DNA of 64,000 nucleotides, taken from the NCBI GenBank assembly GCA_964344355.1, contig CAYFNE010000003.1, positions 3,068 to 67,067 of the forward strand, in the 5' to 3' direction. This DNA comes from an uncultured Magnetococcales bacterium. Lineage in GTDB: Bacteria > Pseudomonadota > Magnetococcia > Magnetococcales > CAYFNE01. The stretch's first letter is position 1. Each line of letters starts with the position of its first letter. The position numbers were made by a program, and so were the translations under genes. Positions 49,977 to 61,738 of this stretch are shown here, piece by piece. The notes beneath the pieces are model-generated. The model had not been told where the DNA came from. It worked only from the letters and a program-made list of their open reading frames with translations, and did not search any database.

Positions 49977-52900
49977 TCAGGAATCATCCAATACCACATT
50001 CAGGGATGTGGTAATCCGGTCCAATATGATCAAGGCCCGATCGAAATCATAATTGGAAACGGCCGCCCTCAAATCATTCATATCGGCCCGTCGTTCAGCA
50101 TCCTTGAGGCTTTCAGCCAGGGCCTCCATGGCGTCAGCGGTATCGAAACTGTTGGCTTCGAGTACCGTTTTCAAGTTGCGCAACAACGGTTTGATGGTTT
50201 CTCCGTCGATGACCGTGGAAACCGTCACCGGTTCCGGAGGATGTTCCCGCAATTCATCGATACCCGCAAGGACCGAATCGAGGCCGCCGTTGATCCGCGC
50301 GACCAGCGCCGCCACCTTGTCGGTATCGCCGCCCTCCTTGAGCAACGATTCCAGCTGTTTCGCCGTTTGATGGAGCGTCTCGGCGCCGATGTTGCCGGAC
50401 ACCCCCTTCAAGGTATGTACCAGCTTGATGGTTTTGTCGATGTCACCGCTCTCCAGGGCCGAGCGGATGTCGGCGCCGGCCCGGGATTGATTGTCGTAAA
50501 ACTTCAACAACAGCCGTTTGTACCCCTTGAGGTTGCCGCCGAGCCGGTTCAGGCCGGCCCGGCGATCGATTCCCGGCAGGTCCGGCAGCGGTGGTTCATC
50601 GCTCGGGGCCGTTTCGGCCGCTTCCGTGGCCACGGTTGCCGGTTGCCGATCCCCGGGGACGATCCAGCGGGTCAGGACCCGGTAGAGCGATTGGGGATCG
50701 ATGGGTTTGGACACATGGTCATCGATGCCCACCTGCCGGTATTTGTCACGGTTGTCGGCCATGGCATTGGCGGTCATGGCGATGATGGGCAGATCCTTGA
50801 ACCGGCTCTCCCGGCGGATGATCCGCGTCGCCTCATACCCATCCAGGATCGGCATCTGCACATCCATGAGCACACAGTCGAACGGTTGCGTGAAAACCCG
50901 GTCCACCGCCTCCCGGCCATTGCCGGCGATCGTCACCGACAACCGCGCCTGGCCCAGCAGTTCGGCGGCGACCTGCTGGTTGATCTCATTGTCATCGACG
51001 ATGAGAACCCGGGCGCCGCGAATGTCGTCGAGTTCCTCTTTGCCGGGGGTCGGCGCCGCCGGGCCGGCCTCCCGTTCCAATCCACAGGCCTTCAGGATCA
51101 CCGCCGACAACTGGGTACCGGTGACCGGTTTCGACAGGATGTCATCCGGTTTCAAACCTTGAACGTCATTCTGGACCGACTCCCGCCCCCGGGCGGTCAC
51201 CAGGATGATTTTCGGCGTCGGTTCGATTTGCGGATGCCTGCGGATACGGCGAAGGGTTTCCCGGGCCGCGGCATCGGTATTTTTCCACTCCAGGAACAGG
51301 AGATCGAATGGTTGGCCGCTGCCGGCGGCATCGATCAACCGTTGCAGGCCATCATCGGCGTTGTCCAACGTCTCGACCGGCAGCCCCCGGTCACGTAAAA
51401 GATCGTCGAGGATTTCCCGGGCGGTGGCGCCCCCCTCCACCACCAGCGCCCGTTTGTTCGTCACCGTTTCCGGCCAGGGCATCGGATCGGCATCCGCCTC
51501 ATAGCCGTCAAAACGAACGGTGAAATGGAAGGTGCTGCCGATGCCCGGTTGGCTGTCGACGCCGATTTCACCATTCATCATCTCCACCAGCTGTTTGCTG
51601 ATGGTCAAGCCCAGGCCGGTGCCGCCGAACTTGCGGGTGGTGGTGTCATCGGCCTGGGAAAAGGCCTTGAACAGCCGGCCCATCTGTTCGGGGGTCATGC
51701 CGATGCCGCTGTCGCGGATGGAAAATTCCAGGATGATGTGATCCTCCTGGCGGGCCCGTTCTCGAATGGAGAGGAGGATCTCCCCGACCTCGGTAAATTT
51801 GACGGCGTTGCCGAGCAGATTGATCAATATCTGTCCCAGGCGCAGGGGATCCCCCACCAACCGCCCCGGAATTCCCCCCGGCCGGGAAAACAGCAACTCC
51901 AACCCTTTTTCCCGGGTTTTCACCGCGGTGACCACCGCCACGTGGTCCAACATTTCATCCAAGGGAAAGGAGATGGACTCCAGGCTCATCATGCCGGCAT
52001 CCATTTTGGAGAAATCGAGGATATCGTTGATGATACCGAGCAGATTTTCCCCGGAGGCCTCGATCTTGACCAGATAGTCCCGTTGACGGTCATTGAGAAC
52101 GGTCCCCAGGCAGAGCCGGGTCAGACCGAGTACCGCGTTCAGCGGCGTGCGGATTTCATGGCTGACATGGGCCAGGAAGGAGCTGCGCGCCGCCACCAAC
52201 CGCCGCTCCCGTTCCCCTTCCAGGTAACGGGCGATGATCAGGGTCAAAAAGAGCAGCGTCACCACCAGTATCGGATAGAGTGGATCCAGAAACAGGTGGG
52301 CATCCAGGAACAGACGCCAGCAAAAGAGGGAAATGGCCGATGTAACCAACAACGCCCACAGGGAACTGAAACGGGGATGGCCCATCCACAACATCGGCAG
52401 CAGCCCTGACCAGGCTAAGATCAAAAACAGGGAGATGAAACCGTTTTCCCAGGCGGGACGCAACAGATAATTGCCCTCGATCAGTTGTTCGGCCAGTTGC
52501 AGATGCAGCTCGACATTGGGTACCTGTTCACCCAGCGGGGTGCCGATATGACTCTCCAGCCCCTGGGCGGTGGTGCCGATGAAGACGATGTGACCGTCGA
52601 CCAGCTCGGGAGGGACCTCATTGTTCAACAGACTGAGCACCGACAGGTATCGACCTTCCTGAAAAGGCCGGAAATGGGACCAGACCCGTCCCTGCGGGGA
52701 AAGGGGACGGAACACCGGTCCGAGATCGATGCCGCGAATGCCGGTGTCGGCGAACCGGGAATCCCGGTTCGCCCCGGGATGGAGATGGATCGGCACCGTC
52801 TCCTGTTTGAAAAACAGCCGCACCGCCTCCAGGGAGAGCGCGGGGAAAAGGCCGCTCTCCAGATGGAACAGAACGCCGAGACGGCGCAACAGACCGTCGG

Positions 52901-53602
52901 CTTCCCGGGCATCCTGGCTGGTGACCCCCAATCCCCGGGCGGCCTCGTCCAGCAGGGTCAACCCGGCCACCGCGCCCCGATAGGGGGGCAAAAACCGGCC
53001 GGCCGGACCATCCGGTTGCACAAATACCACCTTGGCCCCGGTCGGGGGGGGCCATCCCCGACCGGATCGAGGGAAAAACCGGTCACCGTCACCCCCCTGG
53101 CGATGGCCCGGGCCAACAGCGTGTCATGATCGGGCATACCGCTCAACATCTCTTCCAGGCCCGGGTATTCCGGCCACAGGTCCAACAACCAGGATGGCGA
53201 GGTTCGGTCCACCTCGGAGAAAACGACATTGAAGACCACCACCGCCGCTCCCAGTTCGAACAGACGGTCGAGGACCTCGGCGAGGAGGAATCGTGGCCAG
53301 GGCCATTGCCCCACCTGCACCAGGCTGGCTTCATCGATGGCCACGACCCTTAACGGCAGGTGTGATGGATTGGATCGGGGTTGCCAGCGTTGGAAGTGAT
53401 CAAAGGAGAGATTGCGAATCGATTGCCGGAAAGGGGGATCCTGAATCTGCGCCAGGATTGCAAGCGACAACAGCAGGGCGGAGAGCCAGAATAAAGGTTG
53501 TCGGTAGAGAGTGGCAGCGCCGACCAACAATCGGCGGGACCGTGGCAGGAGGTATCCTTTCACGGCCCGCCAGATCAAAAAACCATCAACGCCCATTCCC
53601 AT
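49977..53602 (-). pseudogene. Second CHASE2 hybrid histidine kinase, paralogous to 45023..48742. It is split into two ORFs (52958..53602 and 49977..53030) by an apparent one-base deficit in a homopolymer; this is either a true frameshift or an assembly error
   Basis: The N-terminal ORF ends ...DPVGDGPPRPGPRWYLCN. The C-terminal ORF begins VVFVQPDGPAGRFLPPYRGAVAG. The paralogue reads DPDGDGPPPPAAKVHFLQPDGPIAPFLPPYRGAVAG. Adding one C to the C8 run on the coding strand (plus-strand G8 at 53044-53051) restores DGPPPTGAKVVFVQPDGPAG. Confidence 0.8.
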
Positions 53603-53645
53603 CGTCCGCTGTCAGTGGGCCCGAATCGAGCCATCCGCCGAGGGG

Positions 53646-54599
53646 TTACGGCCCCGGCAAGGGTAATCCCGGCGCAGCCGTCCCCTGGGGAGGAGGAGGT
53701 GGTGGCTGGCGAGGAGGCCTGTTTTCGGGTCCCGCTCCCCCGGCGGGTCCTCCGAGTTGATTGTGTGAACCCGACTTTTCCCCGCCACGGGGAACCGCTC
53801 CTGCCAATGGTGGCGGCGGTACTGGAAGGGCTGCCTCATTACCATTCCTGCCGCCATCGCCCGGTCGTTGCCGGTCATCCCTTCCACCGCCGTCGTCCCG
53901 GCGATCACCCCGTCGATCCCCACCTCCCGGTCCATCCCCCTTTTCCTGATCCGACGCCCGTACCGGACCACCTTCCCGAAAACTGTTCATATTGATGCGA
54001 TGGCGGGTCAGCACCGGCGCCAGGCCGACGGCGTTGACAAAAGCGTTCTGCCCGGTCCCGACCAACAGGGTGCCGGCGTCGTTGCTCAGACTGACCGTTC
54101 CATCCAGGACGCTGACATGCAGTTTTTGCCGGGATTGGGTCATGAAATCGGTGCCCCGGACGCCAAGAATGGCGAAGGAGGTGCGCATCTTGAATTTTTT
54201 CGGCGTCCTCTTGCCGATCTGGCCGGTCAGGGCGTGGATCGAACCCCGTTTCAGGGTAAAATTGGCCCTTTGTCCGGGACGACCCGGTTTTTTGTCGGAA
54301 AATTGATAATCATCGATGGCGAACCGGCTGTTTTTGTAAATGGTGAGCAACATGCGATCGCGAAAACGGAGTTGAACCTGGCCGTTTTTGGTGATGATGG
54401 TTTCACCGCTGTAAAGGAGTGAACCCCGTTTCAACGATCGTTGCCGTTTTTCCACGTCCACCCCCAGGACCACCCCCTTGGCCACCAGCACCCGGGCGGC
54501 ATGGCCGGCGGCCCGGGCCTCGTTCAAGGACGGGGCCAACAGGAGCAACAACAGCAGGATTGACCAGACGATACCGGAATGGTCCACGTTGCGAATCAT
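53646..54599 (-). CDS. FecR-domain periplasmic protein with signal/anchor sequence and a Gly/Arg/Asp/Pro-rich tail
   Basis: IVWSILLLLLLLAPSLNEARA; FecR-like core GSLLYSGETIITKNGQVQLRFRDRMLLTIYKNSRFAI...FAILGVRGTDFM...VLDGTVSLSN. ATGA overlap (54596-54599) with the upstream OMP gene. Confidence 0.75.
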   Translation of the reverse strand: MIRNVDHSGIVWSILLLLLLLAPSLNEARAAGHAARVLVAKGVVLGVDVEKRQRSLKRGSLLYSGETIITKNGQVQLRFRDRMLLTIYKNSRFAIDDYQFSDKKPGRPGQRANFTLKRGSIHALTGQIGKRTPKKFKMRTSFAILGVRGTDFMTQSRQKLHVSVLDGTVSLSNDAGTLLVGTGQNAFVNAVGLAPVLTRHRINMNSFREGGPVRASDQEKGDGPGGGDRRGDRRDDGGGRDDRQRPGDGGRNGNEAALPVPPPPLAGAVPRGGEKSGSHNQLGGPAGGAGPENRPPRQPPPPPPQGTAAPGLPLPGP

Positions 54600-55966
54600 T
54601 GACCGAACTCCCATTTGCTGGTGACGCCGGCGACCAGGCGATCATATTCGTAGAGATCGAGATTGGAGTCGTTGCGGGTGTAGTGGATCGAGGGGATGAA
54701 GTGCCAGTTTTCGGCGAAACCGTAATCCAGGCTGAGGTTGAAACTGCTCTGAATATCGCGCCGGGTTTCATAATAGAGGTTTTCGTCACTGTTGTGCCGA
54801 CGTCCTTCGACACCGATGCCGGCCAGCAGGTCGAGATCGGTCGAAAGGGGGTGGATCATCTCCCACGTGCCACCGGTGAAATGATAGCCGACGAAATCAT
54901 AACCGGCGCTGCGTTCCTCTTCCAGACCGCCGTACAGGCCGAACTGGAAACGGGTTGGATTTTTTTTCGGTCCGACCGCCTGGCTGAGGGTCAGCCCGCC
55001 GGCGACCCGATCGGCGTTGTCTTCCGGATCGTCGGGATAGGTGTAGCGGAGGAAATGAACATAACCGTTCCACCAACCGTTCGAAGCGGCCGTGGGGTGC
55101 TGCCAGTTGATCTGCGCCCCCCAATGGTGACGGTAGATGGTATCATCCACCCCGTAGAGCTGACCGAGCGCGGTGAGGGTGAAAACATGTTTTCCCACAT
55201 TCCGGTACAGACCCAGGTGGAGATTGCCATAACCTTCATCGACATCGTTGCGTTGACGATGGAGGTTGTGGGACAGGCTGATGCCGCCCTGGAACCCGGC
55301 ATCATTGGCCAGGGGGCGGCGAAAGGTGACCCCGGCCGACAACAGCGCCAGGGCATCATCGTCCTCCGAGGCATCGCCCAGGCTGGTGACGGTGGTGGTC
55401 GAATAGCCGGGAATCAACAACGAATCGGCATCCGGACCATAGGTGACATTGCTGTCGTGCCCCAGGGAGAGTTGTACGAACCCGTTGATCCGCGTCCTTT
55501 GTTCCCCTCCGGACGACGGTCGTTGCCGAAGCAACCACTCTTCCAGGGCCGCCATCTCCCGGCGCTCCCCGGGAGTGAGTTCCTGCCGGGAGAGGATGGC
55601 CAGTTCCCGTTCGACCAGGTCCGTCGCCTGGCGGTGCATGAATAGTGTCGCCATCGCCAGGCGGGCGGTCCGGTTGGACTCCTCGACGATCAATACCCGC
55701 TCAAAGCTGAACTGGGCCCGGCTCCAATCCCCGGTTTTGAAAAAGGCCCGTCCCAACAACAGATCGAAGGCGGGCTCCCCGGCCCGATGTTCTTCCATGG
55801 CCAGCAGTTTTTCCAGGGCGATGCCGGTATCGTCTTTTTCCAGCAACCGTTGCACCTCGTCCAGGGTTTCATCGGTATTGGCCCACAGGGGCGCCGCCAG
55901 GAACAGCAGGCCGGTCAAGGCGGCCACAAGGGTGGTGAACGGTTGGTTTGCCGGCAACGGATTCAT
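54596..55966 (-). CDS. Outer-membrane protein: N-terminal TPR region plus C-terminal beta-barrel resembling DUF560 (surface lipoprotein assembly modifier-like)
   Basis: Signal peptide MNPLPANQPFTTLVAALTGLLFLAAPLWA. TPR-like LLGRAFFKTGDWSRAQFSFERVL. Barrel motifs LSLGHDSNV and C-terminal HYTRNDSNLDLYEYDRLVAGVTSKWEF. The family call is from remembered motifs only. Confidence 0.6.
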   Translation of the reverse strand: MNPLPANQPFTTLVAALTGLLFLAAPLWANTDETLDEVQRLLEKDDTGIALEKLLAMEEHRAGEPAFDLLLGRAFFKTGDWSRAQFSFERVLIVEESNRTARLAMATLFMHRQATDLVERELAILSRQELTPGERREMAALEEWLLRQRPSSGGEQRTRINGFVQLSLGHDSNVTYGPDADSLLIPGYSTTTVTSLGDASEDDDALALLSAGVTFRRPLANDAGFQGGISLSHNLHRQRNDVDEGYGNLHLGLYRNVGKHVFTLTALGQLYGVDDTIYRHHWGAQINWQHPTAASNGWWNGYVHFLRYTYPDDPEDNADRVAGGLTLSQAVGPKKNPTRFQFGLYGGLEEERSAGYDFVGYHFTGGTWEMIHPLSTDLDLLAGIGVEGRRHNSDENLYYETRRDIQSSFNLSLDYGFAENWHFIPSIHYTRNDSNLDLYEYDRLVAGVTSKWEFGQ

Positions 55967-56249
55967 CGTCTCTCCCAGGGGTTCGGTGATGGATTTTGCG
56001 CGGTCCTGCTGATTGAAACGTCTCTTGCGTCGATGGATTCGGCCATTGGCGGATAACGCCGGCCTCTTCTGGACAACTCACCATTTCCTGACGGGGAGCG
56101 TTCTGCATGTTGGCTGTTTCGGAAAAACCGTTGAATCCCTTGAGGGAAACATGACCAAATGGCACCGGCGTGTCAAGTTCGAATACCGGAAATAGAGGAT
56201 CGACGATGGTGGGAGAGAAGAGTCGGGGGGTGGAAACGGTTGCTTTCGA

Positions 56250-56798
56250 TCATTCTTTGGGCAGGGGCGCCGGGGTCCACCAGGAGTGGATGGCGGCCAG
56301 CCCGCGATACCGTTGATCCTCATCCAGGCCATATCCGACCAGACGCATGTCCGGGACTTCGAACCCCAGATAGTCCACCTTGATCGGTTCCGGGTCACTG
56401 ACGGTCTTATGCAACAAAACGGCCAGCCGGATCGATTTTGGGGAAAAATCGGCCAGCCACTCCCGCAAACGCTGCAAACTGCGACCGGTATCCATCAGGG
56501 TGTCGGCGATCACCAGGTGACGGTTGCGGATCAGTTCCCGGTCCCCGGGGCTCATGTGGATTCCGGCCTCGGTCCGGCAACCACTGACGAAAGCGATGGG
56601 AATGGGCCGTTTCAGGGCCCGCAACAGGTCGGTACCGAACAGCAGCCCCCCTTTGAGCACCACCACCAGGACCGGCTCCCCGTCGCTGATTTCCGTTTCC
56701 GCCAGGTCTTCTTCGATACTTTGGGCGATCTCCGCCACCCGCAGTTGCAGATGCTCGGCATCGATCAGGACCGTCAAATTGTTCAAGGGATCACGCAC
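56250..56798 (-). CDS. hpt: Hypoxanthine/guanine phosphoribosyltransferase-like protein
   Basis: PVLVVVLKGGLLFGTDLLRAL, PRPP loop HLVIADTLMDTGRSL, VDYLGFEVPDMRLVGYGLDEDQRYRGL. Confidence 0.75.
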   Translation of the reverse strand: MRDPLNNLTVLIDAEHLQLRVAEIAQSIEEDLAETEISDGEPVLVVVLKGGLLFGTDLLRALKRPIPIAFVSGCRTEAGIHMSPGDRELIRNRHLVIADTLMDTGRSLQRLREWLADFSPKSIRLAVLLHKTVSDPEPIKVDYLGFEVPDMRLVGYGLDEDQRYRGLAAIHSWWTPAPLPKE

Positions 56799-56801
56799 CG
56801 G

Positions 56802-58148
56802 TCATTGGCCTTTTTTCAAAAAACTTTCCAGGAAGGTCAAATCATAGTTGCCGTTGCAAAAATTGCCATCGCGCAAAATGCGTTGGTGCAGCGGAATGGT
56901 CGTTGATATCCCGCCGATGATATATTCATCCAACGCCCGCCGCATGCGCGCCAGGGCCTCTTCCCGGTTGGCGCCGTGGGCGACCAGTTTGGCGATCATG
57001 GAATCATAATGGGGGGAGACCCGATAACCGGCATAAGCCGCCGAGTCCACCCGCACGCCACCACCGCCGGGGGCGTGATATTCACTGATGACCCCCGGGC
57101 AGGGGGTGAACCGTTCCGGGTCCTCGGCATTGATGCGGCATTCGAGGGCATGTCCCTGGATCTTGACATCCTCCTGTTTCATGGAGAGCGGCAAGCCCGC
57201 CGCCACCCGGATCTGCTCCTTGACCAGATCGGTGGCGGTGATCATCTCCGTCACCGGGTGTTCCACCTGAATGCGGGTGTTCACCTCGATGAAGTAGAAC
57301 CGGTTGTCCTGGTACAAAAACTCGAAGGTGCCGGCGCCCACATAACCCACCGCCAAGGCCGCCTTGGCCGCCAGACGTCCCAACTCGTCGCGTTCCTGGT
57401 CGGATACCGCCGGCGAGGGGGCCTCTTCGAGAATTTTTTGATGGCGGCGTTGCAGCGAACAGTCCCGATCCCACAGATGGATGGCATTGCCATGGCGATC
57501 GGCCATGACCTGGATCTCCACATGGCGCGGAGAGCGTAAATATTTTTCGATGTAGATTTGATCGTTCTTGAAAAATTGCCGGGCTTCGTTGCGGGTCACC
57601 GAAAAGGCATTGATGAGGGCCGCATCGGTGTGGACCACCTTCATGCCGCGTCCCCCTCCCCCGCCGGCGGCCTTGATGATCACCGGAAAACCGATGCGAC
57701 GGGCCATGCGCAGGGCCATCTCCTCGGTGGGCACGGCGCCATCGGAACCGGGAACCACCGGCACGCCGGCCTCGATCATCGCCGCCCGGGCGCGCACCTT
57801 GTCGCCCAGCAGACGGATGACATCGGGATCCGGGCCGATGAAGGTCAGGCCGGAGGCCTTGACGATTTCCGCGAACTCCGGGTGTTCCGAAAGAAATCCA
57901 TACCCGGGGTGGATGGCCTCGGTATCGGTGATCTCCGCCGCCGCCATGATGCCGGAAATGTTCAGGTAGGATTCCGCAGTCGGCGCCGGCCCGATGCAGA
58001 CCGACTCATCGGCCAGCTTGACGTGCATGGCATCGGCATCCGCCGCCGAATGCACGGCGACGGTCTGGATGCCCAGTTCCCGGCAGGCGCGATGGACGCG
58101 CAACGCGATCTCACCGCGATTGGCGATCAATATTTTATTGAAAAGCAT
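56802..58148 (-). CDS. accC: Acetyl-CoA carboxylase biotin carboxylase subunit
   Basis: [34 protein letters not shown]...[10 protein letters not shown]...[18 protein letters not shown] at 58148 lies inside the longer track ORF. Confidence 0.95.
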   Translation of the reverse strand: MLFNKILIANRGEIALRVHRACRELGIQTVAVHSAADADAMHVKLADESVCIGPAPTAESYLNISGIMAAAEITDTEAIHPGYGFLSEHPEFAEIVKASGLTFIGPDPDVIRLLGDKVRARAAMIEAGVPVVPGSDGAVPTEEMALRMARRIGFPVIIKAAGGGGGRGMKVVHTDAALINAFSVTRNEARQFFKNDQIYIEKYLRSPRHVEIQVMADRHGNAIHLWDRDCSLQRRHQKILEEAPSPAVSDQERDELGRLAAKAALAVGYVGAGTFEFLYQDNRFYFIEVNTRIQVEHPVTEMITATDLVKEQIRVAAGLPLSMKQEDVKIQGHALECRINAEDPERFTPCPGVISEYHAPGGGGVRVDSAAYAGYRVSPHYDSMIAKLVAHGANREEALARMRRALDEYIIGGISTTIPLHQRILRDGNFCNGNYDLTFLESFLKKGQ

Positions 58149-58152
58149 GGGA

Positions 58153-58641
58153 TTAAACCGGTTCGAGAACGAAGAGGGTTTCGCCATATTCCACCGGGCT
58201 GGCGTTCTCCTTGGCGATACGCACCACACGGCCGGAAAACTCCGACTCGATCTCATTCATCAGTTTCATCGCCTCGACGATGCAGACCACCTGTCCCTTG
58301 CGGATGATATCCCCTTTGGCGACGAAGGCGGGCGCTTCCGGCGAGGCGGCCTGATAATAGGTGCCGACCATCGGCGAGCGGATGATCATGGTTTCACCGC
58401 CGGTCTCTTCGGAGCCGCCGGCCGACCGGACCGGTTTTTCCGGTGACGGTGCGGCGGCCGGTACCGGCGCGGTGGGTATCGAAACCGGGGCCATGCCGGT
58501 CATCACCGTGGTGGTGGCGGTGGGGGGCTCGTTCAGGGCGCGGCTGATGCGCAGGCTGGTCTCCCCCTCCTGAATTTCAATCTCCTTGACATCCGTGTTG
58601 GAGAGAAATCGGATCAATTGTCGAATCTCTTTGAGATCCAT
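58153..58641 (-). CDS. accB: Biotin carboxyl carrier protein
   Basis: [18 protein letters not shown], Pro/Ala linker, biotinylation motif [13 protein letters not shown]. Confidence 0.95.
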   Translation of the reverse strand: MDLKEIRQLIRFLSNTDVKEIEIQEGETSLRISRALNEPPTATTTVMTGMAPVSIPTAPVPAAAPSPEKPVRSAGGSEETGGETMIIRSPMVGTYYQAASPEAPAFVAKGDIIRKGQVVCIVEAMKLMNEIESEFSGRVVRIAKENASPVEYGETLFVLEPV

Positions 58642-58677
58642 GCGAACTTCCTCTTTGCAGTTGGTGTTTCGTTGTTT

Positions 58678-59139
58678 TCACCGATTGTTTCGCAGATGGT
58701 TCAGGCCGGCCTCGACGGCCAGCCGGTATCCTTCCGGCCCGAACCCGACGATTTGTCCCAAGGCGATATCGCTGATGTATGAATGATGTCTGAACGGCTC
58801 CCGTCGGTGAATATTGCTCAGATGAATTTCGATGACCGGCAGGTTGACCGCCAGCAGCGCATCGCGGATGGCCACCGAGGTATGGGTGAAGGCGGCCGGA
58901 TTGATGAGGATCAGGTCCGCCTCTCCGCGCGCCGCCTGGATTCGGTCCACCAACGCCCCTTCGTGGTTGGATTGATAAAAATCCAGGCCCGCCCCCAGTG
59001 TTTCCGCCCGACCGCGGCACATCGCCTCGATGTCGGCCAGGGTGGTGTCGCCGTAGATGCCGGTTTCACGGTCGCCGAGCAGATTGAGGTTGGGACCGTT
59101 GATCACCAACAACCGGAAACGGCCGTTCGCACCGTTCAT
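58678..59139 (-). CDS. aroQ: Type II 3-dehydroquinate dehydratase
   Basis: [21 protein letters not shown]...[16 protein letters not shown]. Confidence 0.95.
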   Translation of the reverse strand: MNGANGRFRLLVINGPNLNLLGDRETGIYGDTTLADIEAMCRGRAETLGAGLDFYQSNHEGALVDRIQAARGEADLILINPAAFTHTSVAIRDALLAVNLPVIEIHLSNIHRREPFRHHSYISDIALGQIVGFGPEGYRLAVEAGLNHLRNNR

Positions 59140-59603
59140 GCACGGTCCTCCCCGTTGGCGGTCAGTTGCACCCGAAACCGTTCCAACTTTTCGATAACAT
59201 GGTGCAGGCCGGGATTTTCAGGGGTCATCTCCTCCCTTTCACCGCCGGTCGACCGGGCGTGATCGACTCGCCCCGTCGTCGCCTTTGGGTGGGTTTCCCG
59301 CCGCATTTCACGCACATTGGCGAGAAAGGTTTCCAGTCGTGCCACCTTTTGTGTTGAAAACCGCTTTTCCGTCGTTTCCCGGTTCGACCCGGCCACGGAA
59401 GGTTCCGGTTCCGTATCCTCCGTTTGCCGGAGCCGTTGCTCCCGTTCGGTCCCTTCCATCAACAACCGGGCGAACAGGTACCATTTGGCGGCCCATTCCG
59501 GCTGGTTGCGGATGGTCTCCTTCAGGGTAATTCTCGCCTCCTGGATGCGCCCTTGACGGATCATGCCGACAATGGCGTCTACGCTGCTTTCACCGACCGG
59601 CAT
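59136..59603 (-). CDS. Hypothetical protein with one TPR-like helix pair, translationally coupled to aroQ
   Basis: ATGA overlap with the aroQ start. [48 protein letters not shown]... No family recognised. Confidence 0.5.
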   Translation of the reverse strand: MPVGESSVDAIVGMIRQGRIQEARITLKETIRNQPEWAAKWYLFARLLMEGTEREQRLRQTEDTEPEPSVAGSNRETTEKRFSTQKVARLETFLANVREMRRETHPKATTGRVDHARSTGGEREEMTPENPGLHHVIEKLERFRVQLTANGEDRA

Positions 59604-59847
59604 GGTGGATCGTTTTCCCTGAATGATGGACGATGGACCTGGTTTCGGGTGTCGGCCACGACCGCTGCGCCCCGTGCGATTGATCCCTTGCCGAAAATGG
59701 TTACGGGGCGGTAACGAAACGAAATAACGATAAACTCCGGGAACCTCTCTCTTTCCGCCGGAATATTGCCAGACAAATGGTCCGACGGCAACTTTCCGAT
59801 AATCAGCCGTTGTGCTTTTTTTTGGGGGAAACAGGCAAAAAGGCGGT

Positions 59848-60516
59848 TCAGCCGGTCGGCTCGGAGGGGAGCAGATCCCGAACCGGGGCGTAGGAGCGCC
59901 GATGGTGTTCGGTGATTCCCAGTTTTTTCAGGGCTTGTCGATGTTCCCGGGTGGGATAACCGCTGTTGCGCGCCCAGCCATAGCCGGGGTGGCGGGCGTC
60001 CAGGTCGGCCATCAATCGGTCGCGGAACAGTTTGGCGACGATGGAGGCGGCGGCGATGGAGGCCGAGAGGGTATCCCCCTTGATGACCGCCAGGGCGGGA
60101 CAGGGCCGGTTTTCCGGCAGGTCCCGTCCGTCGATGAGCAGATGCGTCGGTGGCTGCGGCAGGGCGGCGATGGCGCGGGACATGGCCAGCAGGGTGGCCC
60201 GGCGGATGTTGAGTCGATCGATTTCGCGGGGGTCGGCCCGGCCCAGGGCGATGTCGACGGCGAACCCGCGAATGGCCGCGAGCAGGGTCTGGCGCTGTTG
60301 CCGTTGCAGTTTTTTTGAATCGTCCAATCCGGACAGGCTCTCCGGCAGCGGTCGTCGGGCCGGAAAGATCACCGCTGCCGCCACCACCGGACCGGCCAAC
60401 GGCCCCCGGCCCACCTCATCCACCCCGGCGACCCGGGTATGACCCCGGGACCAGAGGGTGGATTCGAGATGGAGATCGGGTCCGTCGATTCCGGGTCTCC
60501 CGGCGCTCGGCGGCAT
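59848..60516 (-). CDS. rnhB: Ribonuclease HII
   Basis: VAGVDEVGRGPLAGPVVAAAV...DSKKL...LIDG...ASIVAK. Confidence 0.9.
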   Translation of the reverse strand: MPPSAGRPGIDGPDLHLESTLWSRGHTRVAGVDEVGRGPLAGPVVAAAVIFPARRPLPESLSGLDDSKKLQRQQRQTLLAAIRGFAVDIALGRADPREIDRLNIRRATLLAMSRAIAALPQPPTHLLIDGRDLPENRPCPALAVIKGDTLSASIAAASIVAKLFRDRLMADLDARHPGYGWARNSGYPTREHRQALKKLGITEHHRRSYAPVRDLLPSEPTG

Positions 60517-60528
60517 GGTCGTCGCGGA

Positions 60529-60876
60529 CTACCAGTCCCGTTTTTCCCGGATGCGGGTGGCCTTGCCGGAGCGTTCACGCAGATAGTAGAGCTTGGCGCG
60601 GCGCACATCACCCCGGCGCACCACCTCGATTTTTTCCAGGCGCGGTGAATGCAGGGGGAACAACCGTTCCACCCCTTCGCCGAAGGAGACCTTACGCACG
60701 GTGAAGGAGGAGCGGATTCCGGCGTTGCGGCGGCTGATGCATACCCCTTCGAAAATTTGGATACGCTCCCGGGTGCCTTCGGTGACGCGAACATGCACCT
60801 TGAGGGTGTCACCGGGCGAAAACGGCTGCGGTTCACCCTTGATCATCGATTTTTCAAATTGTTGCAAAACATTCAT
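60529..60876 (-). CDS. rplS: 50S ribosomal protein L19
   Basis: [44 protein letters not shown]. Confidence 0.95.
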   Translation of the reverse strand: MNVLQQFEKSMIKGEPQPFSPGDTLKVHVRVTEGTRERIQIFEGVCISRRNAGIRSSFTVRKVSFGEGVERLFPLHSPRLEKIEVVRRGDVRRAKLYYLRERSGKATRIREKRDW

Positions 60877-61697
60877 CGGTTCCGTTCCCTTGCTTGATCG
60901 TCATCGGTTCCCGCGGCTGTGGCGTGATCCACGGGATCCAGGTTTTCCAGTTCCAGTGCCAGGGCTTCCAACAGCCGCCGTTCCTGGCGGCTCAATTCGG
61001 CCCGGGGCAACAGGTCCGGCCGCCGCAACAGGGTGCGCAGCAAGGCCTGCCGCCGGCGCCAGTCGGCCACGGCGCCATGGTGCCCGGAGCGCAACACGCC
61101 GGGTACCGTCAATGGGTTTTCCCCCCTTCCGCCCTCGGGCCGCCAGGTGGCGGGCCGGGTGTATTGGGGATGATCCAGCAGGCCGTCATGGAAGGAGTCC
61201 GCCTGGCTGTCGGCGTCCCCCAGCACCCCGGGGCGCAAGCGGGCGACGGCATCGATCAACGCCATGGCGGGAATTTCACCACCGGTGAGGACGAAATCCC
61301 CCAGGGAGACCTCCTCGTCCACCCGTTTTTCGATGAACCGTTCATCCAGCCCTTCGTAGTGACCACAGATCAACAACAGATGATCCCGGGCCGCCAGTTG
61401 TCGGGCCTTCTCCTGGTCGAACGGCCGTCCCTGAGGTGTCAGATGGATGACATGGCCGTCACCCCCTTCCAGGGCCGCCCGCAAGGCCCGATCCAGGATG
61501 TCGGCCCGGAACACCATGCCCGGCCCGCCGCCGAAAGGGGTATCGTCCACCTGCCGGTGCCGCCCCTCCCCGAACTCCCGGATGGGGACCATCCGGGTTT
61601 CGATCAGCTTCCGCTCCCTGGCCCGCCGGAGGATGGAGGTGTTCAACGGACCGCTGAACATCTCCGGGAACAGGGTCAGGACGGTAAACCGGATCAT
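60873..61697 (-). CDS. trmD: tRNA (guanine37-N1)-methyltransferase
   Basis: [26 protein letters not shown]...[12 protein letters not shown]...[14 protein letters not shown] at 61697 is preferred over the GTG at 61742. ATGA overlap with rplS. Confidence 0.9.
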   Translation of the reverse strand: MIRFTVLTLFPEMFSGPLNTSILRRARERKLIETRMVPIREFGEGRHRQVDDTPFGGGPGMVFRADILDRALRAALEGGDGHVIHLTPQGRPFDQEKARQLAARDHLLLICGHYEGLDERFIEKRVDEEVSLGDFVLTGGEIPAMALIDAVARLRPGVLGDADSQADSFHDGLLDHPQYTRPATWRPEGGRGENPLTVPGVLRSGHHGAVADWRRRQALLRTLLRRPDLLPRAELSRQERRLLEALALELENLDPVDHATAAGTDDDQARERNR

Positions 61698-61738
61698 CGG
61701 TCGGTGGGGCCGTTCCACTCCGGGGTCATCGATGCCGC

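Noticed and set aside
45152-51398. 852-aa, 508-aa and 564-aa plus-strand ORFs
   Set aside because: They are antisense to the CHASE2 kinases and the response regulator. No domain motifs are visible, and the real genes on the other strand have complete H, N, G and REC boxes.
56160-56175. Sigma-54-like TGGCAC-N5-TGTCA on the plus strand
   Set aside because: The -12 element lacks the GC dinucleotide. No plus-strand gene lies downstream, because hpt and accC are on the minus strand.
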